DNA of 64,000 nt from an uncultured delta proteobacterium (GCA_963734845.1 CAVTIS010000018.1:2482-66481), one strand, 5' to 3'. Positions 18,897-29,476 are shown, counted from the stretch's first letter. The notes: generated from the letters alone by a model not told the origin. A program made the numbers and translations.

Positions 18897-19916
18897 ATGG
18901 CGGAAGTGAAATCCGATCGGTCCGACCATGCGCGAACCCAAGGCGGCGCGCTCGCCGCGAACGCCGACCCGCGTGCCACGGCGGCCGACGGACATTCCCA
19001 CGCGCACGCCGGTGCGCCGCCGTTCGAAATCGATCGCTACCTGCGCGAGCGCGCGGCTATGGTCGAGCGCGCGCTCGCCAGCGTGGTCGCCGGTCCCGGC
19101 ACTCCAGCCGCCCGACTGTTCGAGTCGATGCGCTACAGCCTGCTCGCGGGCGGCAAGCGGCTGCGCCCGGTGCTGGCCCTGGCAGCGTGCGAAGCGGTCG
19201 GCGGCAGCCTTGAATCCGCGATGGGGTTCGCGTGCGCGATCGAGATGATTCATACCTACTCTCTTATCCACGACGACCTGCCCTGCATGGACGACGACGA
19301 TCTGCGCCGCGGCCGCTCGACCAATCACAAGATTTATGGCGAGGCGATTGCAACTCTGGCCGGTGATGCGCTCCTGACCGACGCTTTCTGGATCCTCGCC
19401 AGATCGGGATCGTCGTCCGCCAGCGTGGCTCCCGCGGCCCTGCTCGCGACCGTCGCCGAACTGGCCGAGGCGGCGGGCTCGGCCGGAATGGTCGCGGGGC
19501 AAGCGATCGATCTGCTCGGTGAAGGCCGCACCATGACGGTCGAGGAACTGGAATATCTGCATCGCAGAAAAACCGGCGCGCTTTTCGTCGCCGCGGTGCG
19601 CGGCGGGGCGCGCCTGGGCGGCGCTCGCGAGGCTGAACTTGAGGCGCTGGAGACCTATGCGCGCGCGCTTGGCCTTGCCTTCCAGGTGATCGATGACATC
19701 CTCGACGTCGAGGCCTCGACCGCGCAGATGGGCAAGCGCACGGGCAAGGACGCCGCGCACGGCAAAAACACTTATCCCGCCCGAATCGGCCTGGACAAGT
19801 CATGGCAGCTCGCGCGCGATCTCGAGCGCCGCGCGCGTCACGCACTCGACGGTTTCGATCATCGCGCCGAACCGCTGCGGGCGCTTGCGAGTTTTGCCGT
19901 GGAGCGCAGGTTGTGA
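18897..19916 (+). CDS. Polyprenyl diphosphate synthase (FPP/GGPP synthase, IspA-like)
   Basis: First aspartate-rich motif IHDDLPCMDDDDLRRG and GKRLRP. About 40-aa His-rich N-terminal extension, so the start is uncertain. Confidence 0.85.
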   Translation: MAEVKSDRSDHARTQGGALAANADPRATAADGHSHAHAGAPPFEIDRYLRERAAMVERALASVVAGPGTPAARLFESMRYSLLAGGKRLRPVLALAACEAVGGSLESAMGFACAIEMIHTYSLIHDDLPCMDDDDLRRGRSTNHKIYGEAIATLAGDALLTDAFWILARSGSSSASVAPAALLATVAELAEAAGSAGMVAGQAIDLLGEGRTMTVEELEYLHRRKTGALFVAAVRGGARLGGAREAELEALETYARALGLAFQVIDDILDVEASTAQMGKRTGKDAAHGKNTYPARIGLDKSWQLARDLERRARHALDGFDHRAEPLRALASFAVERRL

Positions 19917-21007
19917 AGTTAGCCGGGGCTGAAAATTTTTCTCCGCCGTCCGCGCCCACGCCGGACGCGCGCCACGGCGTGGCACGCCGGGCCGTGCTGT
20001 TCGCGCCGGGCGATCTGCGCCTCTGCGAGTTCACGCCGCCGCGCCCGGGCCTCGGCGAGCTTTTGTTGCGCGTCAAATGCGCGCTCAGTTGCGGCACCGA
20101 TCTCAAGACCTATCGCCGCGGCCATCCGATGTGGCGTCTGCCCACGCCGTTCGGTCACGAGTTTGCAGGCGTGGTGGTCGAAGCGGGCGAGGGCGTGACC
20201 CGCTTCAAGGCTGGCGACGAGTTGATGGCCGCGCCCACCGCGCCGTGCGAAAAGTGCTTCTTTTGCCTGCGCGGACAGGAAAATCTTTGTCCGCAGGCGA
20301 TGGAAAAAATGGTGATGGGGGCGTATGCGGACTTCTTGCTGTTGCCCGCACACGTGGTTGCGTGCAACGCCTTTCGCAAGCCCCCGGCGCTCGCCTTCGA
20401 AGAGGCCGCGCTGCTCGAACCGCTTTCCTGCATCGTTCATGCGCAGGCCCTGGCGCGGCCCGAGCCCGCCGAGAGCGTGCTGATAATCGGCGCGGGAGCC
20501 TTCGGTTTGCTCCACTTGCTTGCCCTTCGCGCGAACGGGGTGCGCGAGGTCGCGGTCGCGGGACGTGGCGCGAATCGTCTGGAATGGGCGGGACGGCTCG
20601 GCGCCGGCCGCGTGATCGATACTGCCACGGGCGATCCCGCGGCCGAAGTTGCGCGGCTCAATGGGGGCTTCGGCCCTGACCTGGTGATCGAGTGCACCGG
20701 CCAGGTCGAAGGATGGCGCGACGCGTTCGCGCGCGTTCGCCGCGGCGGCCGAGTGGTGTTCTTCGGCGGATGTGCCGCGGGCACCGCGCTCGAAGTCGAC
20801 ACGCGCCGCATGCACTACGACAATCTTACGCTGATCGCTCCGTTTCATTTTCGTCCGCGCGACGTGCGCAGCGCCTACGATTTGCTCGCGGACGGCCGCC
20901 TCGGCGCCGGACGCATCATCAGTGCGCATCGGCCGCTCGCGGATATCGCGGGAGTTTTTGAGCTGCTCGAGCGGGGTACGGTGTTGAAATGCGCGGTCAT
21001 TCCTTAG
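19913..21007 (+). CDS. Zinc-type medium-chain dehydrogenase/reductase (alcohol dehydrogenase family)
   Basis: CGTDLKTYRRGH, GHEFAGVV, and GAGAFGLL Rossmann motif. GTG start overlaps the polyprenyl synthase TGA (GTGA). Confidence 0.75.
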   Translation: MKLAGAENFSPPSAPTPDARHGVARRAVLFAPGDLRLCEFTPPRPGLGELLLRVKCALSCGTDLKTYRRGHPMWRLPTPFGHEFAGVVVEAGEGVTRFKAGDELMAAPTAPCEKCFFCLRGQENLCPQAMEKMVMGAYADFLLLPAHVVACNAFRKPPALAFEEAALLEPLSCIVHAQALARPEPAESVLIIGAGAFGLLHLLALRANGVREVAVAGRGANRLEWAGRLGAGRVIDTATGDPAAEVARLNGGFGPDLVIECTGQVEGWRDAFARVRRGGRVVFFGGCAAGTALEVDTRRMHYDNLTLIAPFHFRPRDVRSAYDLLADGRLGAGRIISAHRPLADIAGVFELLERGTVLKCAVIP

Positions 21008-21108
21008 GGCTTCGCGCCCCGAGGGTATGACGGCACGAGGTGGCGAGGGTGTTGAGAAGTCCGAATCCAGCGCTCCGATCTAAATAACCGGCAGGAATCT
21101 CGAATCCT

Positions 21109-23124
21109 ATGAGTGAAGCTATCGAAATCACCAACGGCAGAGTCCCGGAACAAACGCCCGAGCAGACCCTGGACCAGACGCCGAAACAGACAGGGGCCGC
21201 GCTTGCGCCGCGCGACGATACCGCCGCAAAGGTCCAGTCCTGTCTCGACCGCTCGCAGCGCGCGTTGCTCGCCCTTCAGCATCCGGAGGGCTACTGGCAG
21301 GCGGCGCTCGAGGCCAACGCGGAGATGAACGCCGAGTTCATCATCTTTAATCGCTTCATGGGCGTCAGCGACCCGGAGATGGATGCCAAGCTCAAGCGCC
21401 ATCTGCTCGATCTCCAGCAGGCCGATGGCAGCTGGAACCTGTTTCCTGGCGGCGAGGGCGATCTCTCGACCTCGATCGAGGCCTACTTCGCGCTCAAGCT
21501 GACCGGGATGCGCGCCGGCGACGAACAGATGATGCAGGCGCGCCGCTGGATTCTCGCGCGTGGCGGGATCGCTCGCTCGGGCACGCTCGCCCGCGTTTAT
21601 CTCGCGGCCATGAACCAGGTGCCGTGGGATTGCACGACCGCGCTGCCGGTGGAATGGATTCTCACCCCCGACTGGCTCCCGGTTAATATCTACGAACTTT
21701 CTTCATGGGCGCGTGGCACGCTGGTCGCGCTGATGCTGCTCCGCGCGGGGCGTCCGATCGTCGAGATCGATTGGCGCGAAGGCGTACTTGAGCTTTACAT
21801 CCAGCCGCCGCATTTTACCAAGTTCGAACAGCCGCGTCCGGCGCACTGGTATTCGCCGCGCCGGTTCTTCAATCTCGCCGATCGACTGCTGCGCCTGTAC
21901 GACCGCCATCATCTGAAGCGCCTACGCCGCGACGCCATCGCACGCGCCGAGCGCTGGCTACTCGACCATCAGGACGCCAACGGATCGTGGGGCGGAATAC
22001 AGCCCTGCTACCTGCTGAGCACGATGGCGCTTAAGGGTCTCGGCTATCGCAACGACCATCCGGTGATCAAAAAAGCGCTCGCCGCAACCCACGAGCTGAT
22101 TTGGGATCAGGGCGACTCGATCCTCTTCCAACCATGCGTATCGCCCAACTGGGACACCGCGCTCGCCGCCAAGGCGTTGATCGATTCGGGCCTCCCGCCC
22201 GAACATCCGGCGCTGCGCGACGCCTCGAAGTGGCTCATCGATCACCAGATATTCAAGCGGGGCGATTGGTCGATCAAGCGGCCCGACCTCGAGCCCGGCG
22301 GATGGGCCTTCGAGTTTTTCAATGACTGGTATCCCGACGTCGACGATGCCGCGGTCATCCTGATGGTGCTCGCGGATTCCGCCAGCGACGATGCGGCTGC
22401 GTGCGAGCGCGCGATCAGCCGCGGTGCGAATTGGGTGATGGGCATGCAGTCGAAGGACGGCGGCTTCGCCGCTTTCGATGTCGACAACAAAGCGACCTGG
22501 TTCAACTACGCGACCTTCGCGGCCGACACTGAGTCGGCAACCGACCCGACCTGCCCCGACCTCACCGGCCGCGTGCTCGAGATGATGGCGGCAACGGGCT
22601 ATCGGGCCGACCATGCGGTGGCCCGCCGCGCGATCGATTGGCTCAAACGCGAGCAGGAGGATGACGGTTCGTGGTGGGGGCGCTGGGGGGTCAACTATAT
22701 CTACGGCACCAGCACCGCGCTTTCGGGCTTGCGCGCGATTGGCCTCAGCCCGAGCGAGCCGTGGATTCAGCGCTCGGTCGCCTGGATCAAGTCGAAACAG
22801 AACGAGGACGGCGGATGGGGCGAGAGCTGTCTTAGCGACAAGGACCCGGCCTGGCGCGGGCGCGGCACCAGTACGCCTTCCCAAACCGCATGGGCGATGA
22901 TCGCGTTGTTGGCCGGCGAGGACGGTATCAGCCCGCAGCTGATGCGTGGCTTGCAGTGGCTGGTGGAGCGGCAGCGCGAAACCGGCGATTGGGAGGAGAC
23001 CGAGTTCACCGGCACCGGCTTTCCCAATCATTTTTACCTGCGTTATCATCTTTATGCGCACTACTTTCCGCTGATGGCGCTCGGGCGTTTGCGCAAGCGG
23101 ATGATCGAACTCGCCGCTAACTGA
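21109..23124 (+). CDS. shc: Squalene-hopene cyclase
   Basis: DVDDAAV catalytic motif, multiple QW repeats (QxxDGSW/GGW), about 670 aa. Confidence 0.95.
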   Translation: MSEAIEITNGRVPEQTPEQTLDQTPKQTGAALAPRDDTAAKVQSCLDRSQRALLALQHPEGYWQAALEANAEMNAEFIIFNRFMGVSDPEMDAKLKRHLLDLQQADGSWNLFPGGEGDLSTSIEAYFALKLTGMRAGDEQMMQARRWILARGGIARSGTLARVYLAAMNQVPWDCTTALPVEWILTPDWLPVNIYELSSWARGTLVALMLLRAGRPIVEIDWREGVLELYIQPPHFTKFEQPRPAHWYSPRRFFNLADRLLRLYDRHHLKRLRRDAIARAERWLLDHQDANGSWGGIQPCYLLSTMALKGLGYRNDHPVIKKALAATHELIWDQGDSILFQPCVSPNWDTALAAKALIDSGLPPEHPALRDASKWLIDHQIFKRGDWSIKRPDLEPGGWAFEFFNDWYPDVDDAAVILMVLADSASDDAAACERAISRGANWVMGMQSKDGGFAAFDVDNKATWFNYATFAADTESATDPTCPDLTGRVLEMMAATGYRADHAVARRAIDWLKREQEDDGSWWGRWGVNYIYGTSTALSGLRAIGLSPSEPWIQRSVAWIKSKQNEDGGWGESCLSDKDPAWRGRGTSTPSQTAWAMIALLAGEDGISPQLMRGLQWLVERQRETGDWEETEFTGTGFPNHFYLRYHLYAHYFPLMALGRLRKRMIELAAN

Positions 23125-23141
23125 CGCTCAAGGGGCAAAGC

Positions 23142-24317
23142 GTGAAGTCGATCGCAATACTCGGCTCCACGGGCTCGGTCGGGGTAACCACGCTCGACGT
23201 GGTGGATCGCTTCCGTGACCGTTTTCGCGTGGTCGCGATGGCCGCCGGGAACAATCTCGATCTCCTGGTTCGCCAGGTCGAACGTCATCGCCCCGAGCTG
23301 GTTTCGGTCGCGACGGCCGAATTAGCAGGCGAATTGAAGCGGCGGCTCGGCCCGTCGTGTAAAATCGAAATTCATCATGGACGCGAAGGCGCGGTCGCAG
23401 TGGCGACTCATCCTGCGGCCGCGATCGTTGTTTCGGCTCTGGTGGGCGCGCTCGGACTCGGTCCCACGCTCGCCGCTATTGCTGCCGGCAAGGATATCGC
23501 GTTCGCCAACAAGGAAGTGCTGGTAATCGGGGGCGAGATGATGACCGCCGCGGTGCGCCAGCGCGGCGTGCGCCTGCTCCCGGTCGATAGCGAGCACAAT
23601 GCGATTTTCCAGTGCCTGGAAGGACGTGGCCGCGCCTCGCTCAAGCGCATCATCCTAACCGCCTCAGGTGGCCCGTTTCTTCGCCTGCCGGCCAATAGTT
23701 TTGCGTCGATAACCGTCGCCGAGGCGCTCAACCATCCTACCTGGCGGATGGGCAACAAGATCACGATCGATTCCGCGACCCTAATGAACAAGGGGCTCGA
23801 AGTGATCGAGGCGCACTGGCTATTCGATCTTCCCGCTGAACGCATCGACGTCGTCATCCATCCGCAAAGCGTCATCCATTCGATGGTCGAGATGATCGAC
23901 GGCTCCGTGATCGCGGAAATGGCGGAGCCGGACATGGCAATCCCGGTCGCCTACGCACTCGCGTTTCCCGATCGCCTGCCGCTCGACCATCTGAAATCGC
24001 TTTCGCTGGTCGAGCGCGGCAACCTGACTTTCGAAGAGCCCGATCCGGCGCGTTTTCCGTGTCTTGGCCTCGCCTACCAGGCGCTCGAGGCCGGCGGCAC
24101 GATGGCGGCCTGCCTCAACGCCGCCAATGAGGAACTCGTTGCAGCCTTCCTCGGCGGCCGCGCGCGCTTCGCCGACATTCCACGCCATATCGAGACCGTG
24201 ATGACCCGTCATAAAAATGGCCCTGCGCGCACCCTGGAGGATCTCTACGAGGTCGACGGATGGGCCCGCGCCCAGGCGCAGGAACTGATCGGACAGGCGC
24301 CTGCCGCGAGCCTCTGA
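23142..24317 (+). CDS. dxr: 1-deoxy-D-xylulose-5-phosphate reductoisomerase
   Basis: ILGSTGSVG NADPH loop, LANKE, DSEHNAIFQ. GTG start with AAGGGG RBS. Confidence 0.95.
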   Translation: MKSIAILGSTGSVGVTTLDVVDRFRDRFRVVAMAAGNNLDLLVRQVERHRPELVSVATAELAGELKRRLGPSCKIEIHHGREGAVAVATHPAAAIVVSALVGALGLGPTLAAIAAGKDIAFANKEVLVIGGEMMTAAVRQRGVRLLPVDSEHNAIFQCLEGRGRASLKRIILTASGGPFLRLPANSFASITVAEALNHPTWRMGNKITIDSATLMNKGLEVIEAHWLFDLPAERIDVVIHPQSVIHSMVEMIDGSVIAEMAEPDMAIPVAYALAFPDRLPLDHLKSLSLVERGNLTFEEPDPARFPCLGLAYQALEAGGTMAACLNAANEELVAAFLGGRARFADIPRHIETVMTRHKNGPARTLEDLYEVDGWARAQAQELIGQAPAASL

Positions 24318-24318
24318 C

Positions 24319-25236
24319 GTGGACGCCGAAGGCGCCGACAATTCAACTTCAGCGCTCACGCGCAATGCGCGCGCTGCGGTTCCGTCTTCCGACGCCGCGA
24401 TGCTCGCTGAGGCCTATGAGTTCTGCGCACGTGTCGCACGGTCGCACTACGAAAATTTCACCGTCGCGTCGTGGCTGATGCCACGTGCGATGCGCAAGCA
24501 CATGCACGCTATTTACGCTTACGCCCGCATGGCCGACGACTTTGCCGACGAGGAGCACAATCCGGCCAAGCTCGATGAATGGGAACGCGAACTCGATTTC
24601 GCCTACGCCGGCGCGCCGCGCCATCCGGTATTCGTTGCGCTGGCCGACACCGTGCGCTGTTTCGACATTCCGCGCGAACCGTTCGCCGATCTGCTGCGTG
24701 CGTTTCGCTCCGACCTGGATTTTCGCGGCTTCGAGACTATCGACGACCTCCTCCAATACTCACGCTACTCGGCCGATCCCGTCGGCCGGCTGGTGCTCTA
24801 TTTATTCGGCTATCGCGACCTCGGGCGCCAGGGTCTCTCCGACCAGGTGTGCAGCGGGCTTCAACTCGCGAACTTCTGGCAGGACATCGCGATCGATCTC
24901 GAGAAGGGGCGCGTCTATCTGCCGCGCCAGGACATGACGCGCTTCGGCGTGAGCGTCGAGGATCTGCGCCTGCGCAACGCGAACTCGAACTTCGCTGCGC
25001 TGATGCGCCATGAGGTCGCGCGCGCGCGCGAATTGCTGATGTCGGGCGGGCCGCTTGCTGCGATGGTGGACAAGCGGCTCTCGCGCGACATCATGATGTT
25101 CGCCGGCGGCGGACTCGCGATCCTGCGTGCTATCGAGCGGGCGGATTACGACGTCTTTCGCCATCGCCCGGCCCTCGGCAAAATGGACTACCTGCGCCTG
25201 GGCTGGCGAGCATTGCGGGGGCGCCTTGAAACCTGA
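24319..25236 (+). CDS. hpnC: Squalene synthase-family enzyme (hydroxysqualene synthase, HpnC-like by position)
   Basis: SQS/PSY family: YENFTV, YAYARMADDFADE (DxxxD). GTG start 1 nt after the dxr stop; an alternative ATG exists at 24400. Confidence 0.8.
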   Translation: MDAEGADNSTSALTRNARAAVPSSDAAMLAEAYEFCARVARSHYENFTVASWLMPRAMRKHMHAIYAYARMADDFADEEHNPAKLDEWERELDFAYAGAPRHPVFVALADTVRCFDIPREPFADLLRAFRSDLDFRGFETIDDLLQYSRYSADPVGRLVLYLFGYRDLGRQGLSDQVCSGLQLANFWQDIAIDLEKGRVYLPRQDMTRFGVSVEDLRLRNANSNFAALMRHEVARARELLMSGGPLAAMVDKRLSRDIMMFAGGGLAILRAIERADYDVFRHRPALGKMDYLRLGWRALRGRLET

Positions 25237-25255
25237 GAGCATCGCGGTTGCATCG

Positions 25256-26155
25256 ATGCCCGCGGCGGATGCGGCGCTGCGGGAAGACTACGCGCGTTGC
25301 GCGTCGATCACGCGACGCTCTTCGTCAAATTTCTATTATGCGTTTATGCTGTTGCCGGCCGAGCGCCGCCAGGCGCTTTACTCGGTCTATGCGTTTTGCC
25401 GCTTTGTCGATGATATTGCCGATGACGCCGTCGGCGACGAAGCGGGCGGCAAGCCCGCGAAACTGCTGGCGCGCTGGCGCGAGGAGCTCGAGCGCGTGTT
25501 CAACGGCTCCCCGACTCATGCGATATCCCGTGCGCTCGCCTACAACGTGCGCCGCTTCGCGATCCCGCGTCGCTACTTCGAAGAGATAATCGACGGTGTC
25601 GAAATGGACCTGGGACGCACGCGCTATGCGACTTTCGAGGAGCTTCGCCTGTACTGCTACCGCGTCGCCTCGGCGGTCGGCCTCGTGTGCATTGAAATTT
25701 TCGGCTATCGCAACCCGCGCACTCGCGAGTACGCGGAAAATCTCGGTATCGCCTTCCAGCTCACCAACATCATCCGCGACTTGAGCGAAGATGCCGCCCG
25801 CGGCCGTATCTATCTGCCGCTGGAAGACCTCGCCCGCTTCGATGTCAGCGAGGACGAAATCCTGCGCGGCGCCGACACGCTCGAGCTTCGCCGCCTGCTG
25901 GAGCATGAGGTCGAACGGGCGCGCTCGTTTTACGCTCAGGCGGAAAACGCGCTGGCAGCCGAAGATCGCGCCGCGATGGTGTGTGCAGAGGCGATGCGTT
26001 CGATCTACCGTGCGCTGCTCGAGCGGATCGCGAGCAAAGGCTGCGGCGTGGTCGGCCGGCGCCATCGCATCTCCACCCCCCGCAAGCTTTACCTGGTCGG
26101 CCGCACCTGGGCCGGTACGCGGTTGCGGGCGCGCGGCCAGGAGCGCGATGGTTGA
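25256..26155 (+). CDS. hpnD: Squalene synthase-family enzyme (presqualene diphosphate synthase, HpnD-like by position)
   Basis: FYYAFMLLP, YAFCRFVDDIADD, NIIRDLSEDAARGRIYLP. Confidence 0.8.
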   Translation: MPAADAALREDYARCASITRRSSSNFYYAFMLLPAERRQALYSVYAFCRFVDDIADDAVGDEAGGKPAKLLARWREELERVFNGSPTHAISRALAYNVRRFAIPRRYFEEIIDGVEMDLGRTRYATFEELRLYCYRVASAVGLVCIEIFGYRNPRTREYAENLGIAFQLTNIIRDLSEDAARGRIYLPLEDLARFDVSEDEILRGADTLELRRLLEHEVERARSFYAQAENALAAEDRAAMVCAEAMRSIYRALLERIASKGCGVVGRRHRISTPRKLYLVGRTWAGTRLRARGQERDG

Positions 26156-27521
26156 GCCGCGCGACGTCGTCGTAATCGGCGGCGGATTCGCCGGACTGAG
26201 CGCTGCCGTCGCACTTTCCAACCGGGGCTTTCGCGTCGCGGTGCTGGAAAGCAAACCGGCCCTGGGCGGCCGCGCTTATTCGTTCGCCGACAGCGAGACC
26301 GGCGATTTCGTCGATAACGGCCAGCATGTCCTGATGGGATGTTACGCCGAGACGTTCAGGTTTCTCGATCGTATCGGTCAAGGCGGCCAGCTGGTTTTCC
26401 ACCCCGACCTCGCAATCGAGATGCTCGAGCGCGACGGGCGCGCCGGCGTGCTCAAAACCGCGCGCTTGCCGGGGCCGCTACACATGGTCGCCGCGCTGAT
26501 GCGTTATGGGCTGCTGACGCCGCGCGAGCGGCTCGGCGCGATGGTCGCGGGGCTCAGAATGCTGCGGATGCATCGTTATGACCGCGGACGTCTGGGCCAG
26601 ATGACCGTAAGGACGGTGATGGATGTGCTGGGGCAGGGTGAACGCGCGCGGCAATGTCTGTGGTATCCGCTGGCGATTGCGACGCTTAACGAGGATCCCG
26701 ATCTTGCCTCGGCGGCTTTGCTGGCGGAAGTCTTAAAGCGCGCGTTTTTTTCGCGCCGCTCCGATTCCGCCTTCGTTTACGCCAGGGTCGGGCTCAGCGA
26801 CCTTTATTGCCCGGGCTCCGTTCGGATGATCGAATCGAGCGGAGGACTGGTCGAGACTCGTGCGGTGGTCGAGATGCTGGAGTTCGGTGCGGAGGGCAAG
26901 ATTGAGGGCGTGCGGCTCCGCGACGGCCGGCGTTTGCAGGCCGCCAACTTTATCGCCGCGGTGCCTCCCGCGCAGCTCGCGCGCCTTCTGCCTGAAGGGG
27001 CAAGCGCTGATCCATTCTTTGCACATCTGGGCGAGATTACTTCGTCGCCAATCGTTTGCGTTCATGCGTGGTTCGATCGCGAAATCACTGACGCGCCTTT
27101 TGTCGGCTTCGTCGGCACGGCTACCCAATGGCTATTCAACAAGCGCCGGATCTTTGCTGAAAATGGCGCACGGGCCAATGGCTATTTGAGTTTCGTCATC
27201 AGCGGCGCGCGCAGGCTGGTTGACGCGGGCAATGAAGAACTGCTCGACCTGGTCACCGGTGATTTGCACGCGATGATTCCCGCCTCGCGCGGCGCGCGCC
27301 TGCTCAAGGCCTTGGTGCTCAAGGAGAAACAGGCGACCATGGCGCCGTCGCCAGAGTGCGACCGCTTGCGTCCAGGTTTGGCGACGCCGATCGCAAACTT
27401 TTTCCTTGCCGGCGATTGGATTCAGACCGGGCTGCCGGCGACGATCGAGAGCGCAGTTACGTCGGGACATGCCGCGGCAGCTGCCATAGCCGAGCGGGTT
27501 GGCGACGCGGTGACGGTCTGA
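26148..27521 (+). CDS. hpnE: Hydroxysqualene dehydroxylase / FAD-dependent desaturase
   Basis: FAD-binding N-terminus DVVVIGGGFAGLSAAVAL and amine-oxidase-like fold. ATG overlaps the hpnD stop by 8 nt. Confidence 0.85.
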   Translation: MVEPRDVVVIGGGFAGLSAAVALSNRGFRVAVLESKPALGGRAYSFADSETGDFVDNGQHVLMGCYAETFRFLDRIGQGGQLVFHPDLAIEMLERDGRAGVLKTARLPGPLHMVAALMRYGLLTPRERLGAMVAGLRMLRMHRYDRGRLGQMTVRTVMDVLGQGERARQCLWYPLAIATLNEDPDLASAALLAEVLKRAFFSRRSDSAFVYARVGLSDLYCPGSVRMIESSGGLVETRAVVEMLEFGAEGKIEGVRLRDGRRLQAANFIAAVPPAQLARLLPEGASADPFFAHLGEITSSPIVCVHAWFDREITDAPFVGFVGTATQWLFNKRRIFAENGARANGYLSFVISGARRLVDAGNEELLDLVTGDLHAMIPASRGARLLKALVLKEKQATMAPSPECDRLRPGLATPIANFFLAGDWIQTGLPATIESAVTSGHAAAAAIAERVGDAVTV

Positions 27522-27526
27522 AGCGT

Positions 27527-28558
27527 ATGGCTACGCGAATCGCTCTGGTCACGGGCGCCAACGGCTTCGTGGGATGCTACGTGGTGCGTGCGTTGCTCGC
27601 GCGTGGAACCCCGGTGCGCGCGATGGTGCGCAAGGGGGCAGACTTGCGCGCGCTCGAAGGTTTGTCGTGCGAGTTTGTCTGGGGTGACTTGCGCGATGCC
27701 GCGGCAGTGGAGCAGGCGACGCGCGGATGCGACGAGGTCTATCATGTCGCCGCGGACTATCGGCTGTGGGTCCTCGATCCTGCGCCTATGTATGCCTCGA
27801 ACGTCGAGGGCACGCGCAACGTGCTTGCCGCGGCGCATCGCGCCAAAGTCCGCCGAGTCGTCCATACCAGCACGGTCGGTGCTATCGGTATCCCGCACGG
27901 CGAATCCGGGCGCGAGGACACGCCGGTGTCGCTGGGAGACATGGTCGGTCCTTACAAGCGATCGAAGTTTCTGGCCGAGCAGGAAGCGCTCAAGGCGGCG
28001 CGTGAAGGCGTACCGGTCGTGATCGTCAATCCGTCCACACCGGTCGGCGCGCACGATTATAAGCCGACTCCCACCGGACGGATAATCGTCGATTTCCTCA
28101 ATCGGCGGATGCCCGCCTTCATGGACACGGGGCTGAACCTGGTCGACGTCGAGGACGCGGCAGCGGGCCATCTGCTGGCCGCAGAGCGCGGCGTGGTCGG
28201 CGAGAAATATATTCTCGGTGGCGAAAACCTGACGCTGGAGCAGACGCTGGGGCGCCTGGCGAAGCTATCCGGCCTGAGCGCTCCGAGAATTCGCGTTCCC
28301 TATGCGGTCGCGTGGACTTTCGCGCTGGGGGCCGAGGCGGTAGCGCGCACCATCACCCGGCGCCCGCCGCGCGCGAGCCTGACCGAGGTCCGGATGGCGC
28401 GCAAGGTAATGTTTTTCGATTCTTCCAAGGCGCGCACGGCGCTGGGATACGAGCCGCGTCCGATCGATGATGCGCTTGCGCGCGCGATCGAATTCTTCCG
28501 CTCAATCGGCGCCGTGCAGGAAGCGGCGCATCGCGGTCGGGATGAGCGTCCGGCTTAA
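27527..28558 (+). CDS. hpnA: NAD-dependent epimerase/dehydratase (hopanoid-associated sugar epimerase)
   Basis: LVTGANGFVGCYVV Rossmann motif and YKRSK catalytic motif. Sits immediately after hpnE. Confidence 0.8.
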   Translation: MATRIALVTGANGFVGCYVVRALLARGTPVRAMVRKGADLRALEGLSCEFVWGDLRDAAAVEQATRGCDEVYHVAADYRLWVLDPAPMYASNVEGTRNVLAAAHRAKVRRVVHTSTVGAIGIPHGESGREDTPVSLGDMVGPYKRSKFLAEQEALKAAREGVPVVIVNPSTPVGAHDYKPTPTGRIIVDFLNRRMPAFMDTGLNLVDVEDAAAGHLLAAERGVVGEKYILGGENLTLEQTLGRLAKLSGLSAPRIRVPYAVAWTFALGAEAVARTITRRPPRASLTEVRMARKVMFFDSSKARTALGYEPRPIDDALARAIEFFRSIGAVQEAAHRGRDERPA

Positions 28559-28576
28559 GGCGGACTGGCATCTGCG

Positions 28577-29476
28577 ATGCATCTCTTGTTTTCGACAATC
28601 GCGCTGCGGCCGTATGTGTTCGTGTTCCTGGGATTTTACCTGGCGATCGCGATCGTCAACTTCGGTATGCGCACGACCGTCCTTTTCACCGTACTGACAT
28701 ACGCGGTCGCGTTGGCCTGCGAATGGAGCTCGGTGCACAACGGCTTTCCGTTCGGGCTCTACCATTACATCCCGGCCACGCGTGGGCGCGAGATCTGGGT
28801 CCTCGGCGTGCCGTTCATGGACTCGATCTCCTTCACCTTTCTCTCGTTTGCGAGCTACACGCTCGCTCTGTTGCTGAGCGCGCCGCTTTACCGGCGTGGT
28901 CTTGACCTGCGAACGCTCGACACGTGGGAAATCAGGCGCTCGCCGAGGGTTTGGTTGATGGCCGCGCTATTCATGGTGATGATCGACATGGTGGCTGACC
29001 CGCTAAGCGTGCTCGGCGACCGTTGGTTTCTCGGCAGAATTTTCTGGTATGACCCGCCGGGGCCGCATTTCGGCGTTCCAATCAGCAACTATCTCGGATG
29101 GTATTTCGTCGCGGCGGTAAGCGTGGCGATCTTCCAATGGCTGGATCGGCGGCTCAATCGCGCCGGCGCCAAACCGCTGGGCGCTGCACCGGCGGCGCCG
29201 TCGCGCGCGTTGTGGGGCCCGGGGCTGTACGCGGGAATCGTCGGCTTCGCGATCGTGATGCTGTTTCGCGTCGGCGCGGCTGAAATCGCGTGGGCGGGAA
29301 TTTTTATTTTCCTTCCTCTGATGGCGCTGACGCTCCATATAACGACTCGCGCCGAGTGTTGGGGCGACGACGCCGCGGTGGAGCGTCATCTGGGGGACTT
29401 TCCCTACGAGCGATCGCTCGCGGTGTGGAGTGCGGCCACGCGACGTCCTTCGGCTCGGCACCGGGGCGCCGCGTAA
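28577..29476 (+). CDS. Integral membrane protein, carotenoid-biosynthesis-associated (CruF-like) family
   Basis: About 7 TM helices, W/Y-rich. Resembles the Caroten_synth/CruF hydratase family. Located in the hpn cluster. Confidence 0.5.
   Translation: MHLLFSTIALRPYVFVFLGFYLAIAIVNFGMRTTVLFTVLTYAVALACEWSSVHNGFPFGLYHYIPATRGREIWVLGVPFMDSISFTFLSFASYTLALLLSAPLYRRGLDLRTLDTWEIRRSPRVWLMAALFMVMIDMVADPLSVLGDRWFLGRIFWYDPPGPHFGVPISNYLGWYFVAAVSVAIFQWLDRRLNRAGAKPLGAAPAAPSRALWGPGLYAGIVGFAIVMLFRVGAAEIAWAGIFIFLPLMALTLHITTRAECWGDDAAVERHLGDFPYERSLAVWSAATRRPSARHRGAA

Noticed and set aside
25791-27521. 576-aa ORF spanning hpnD and hpnE
   Set aside because: Its first roughly 120 codons are an alternative frame running through hpnD. 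The genuine hpnE begins at ATG 26148 (MVEPRDVVVIGGGFAGL), overlapping the hpnD stop.
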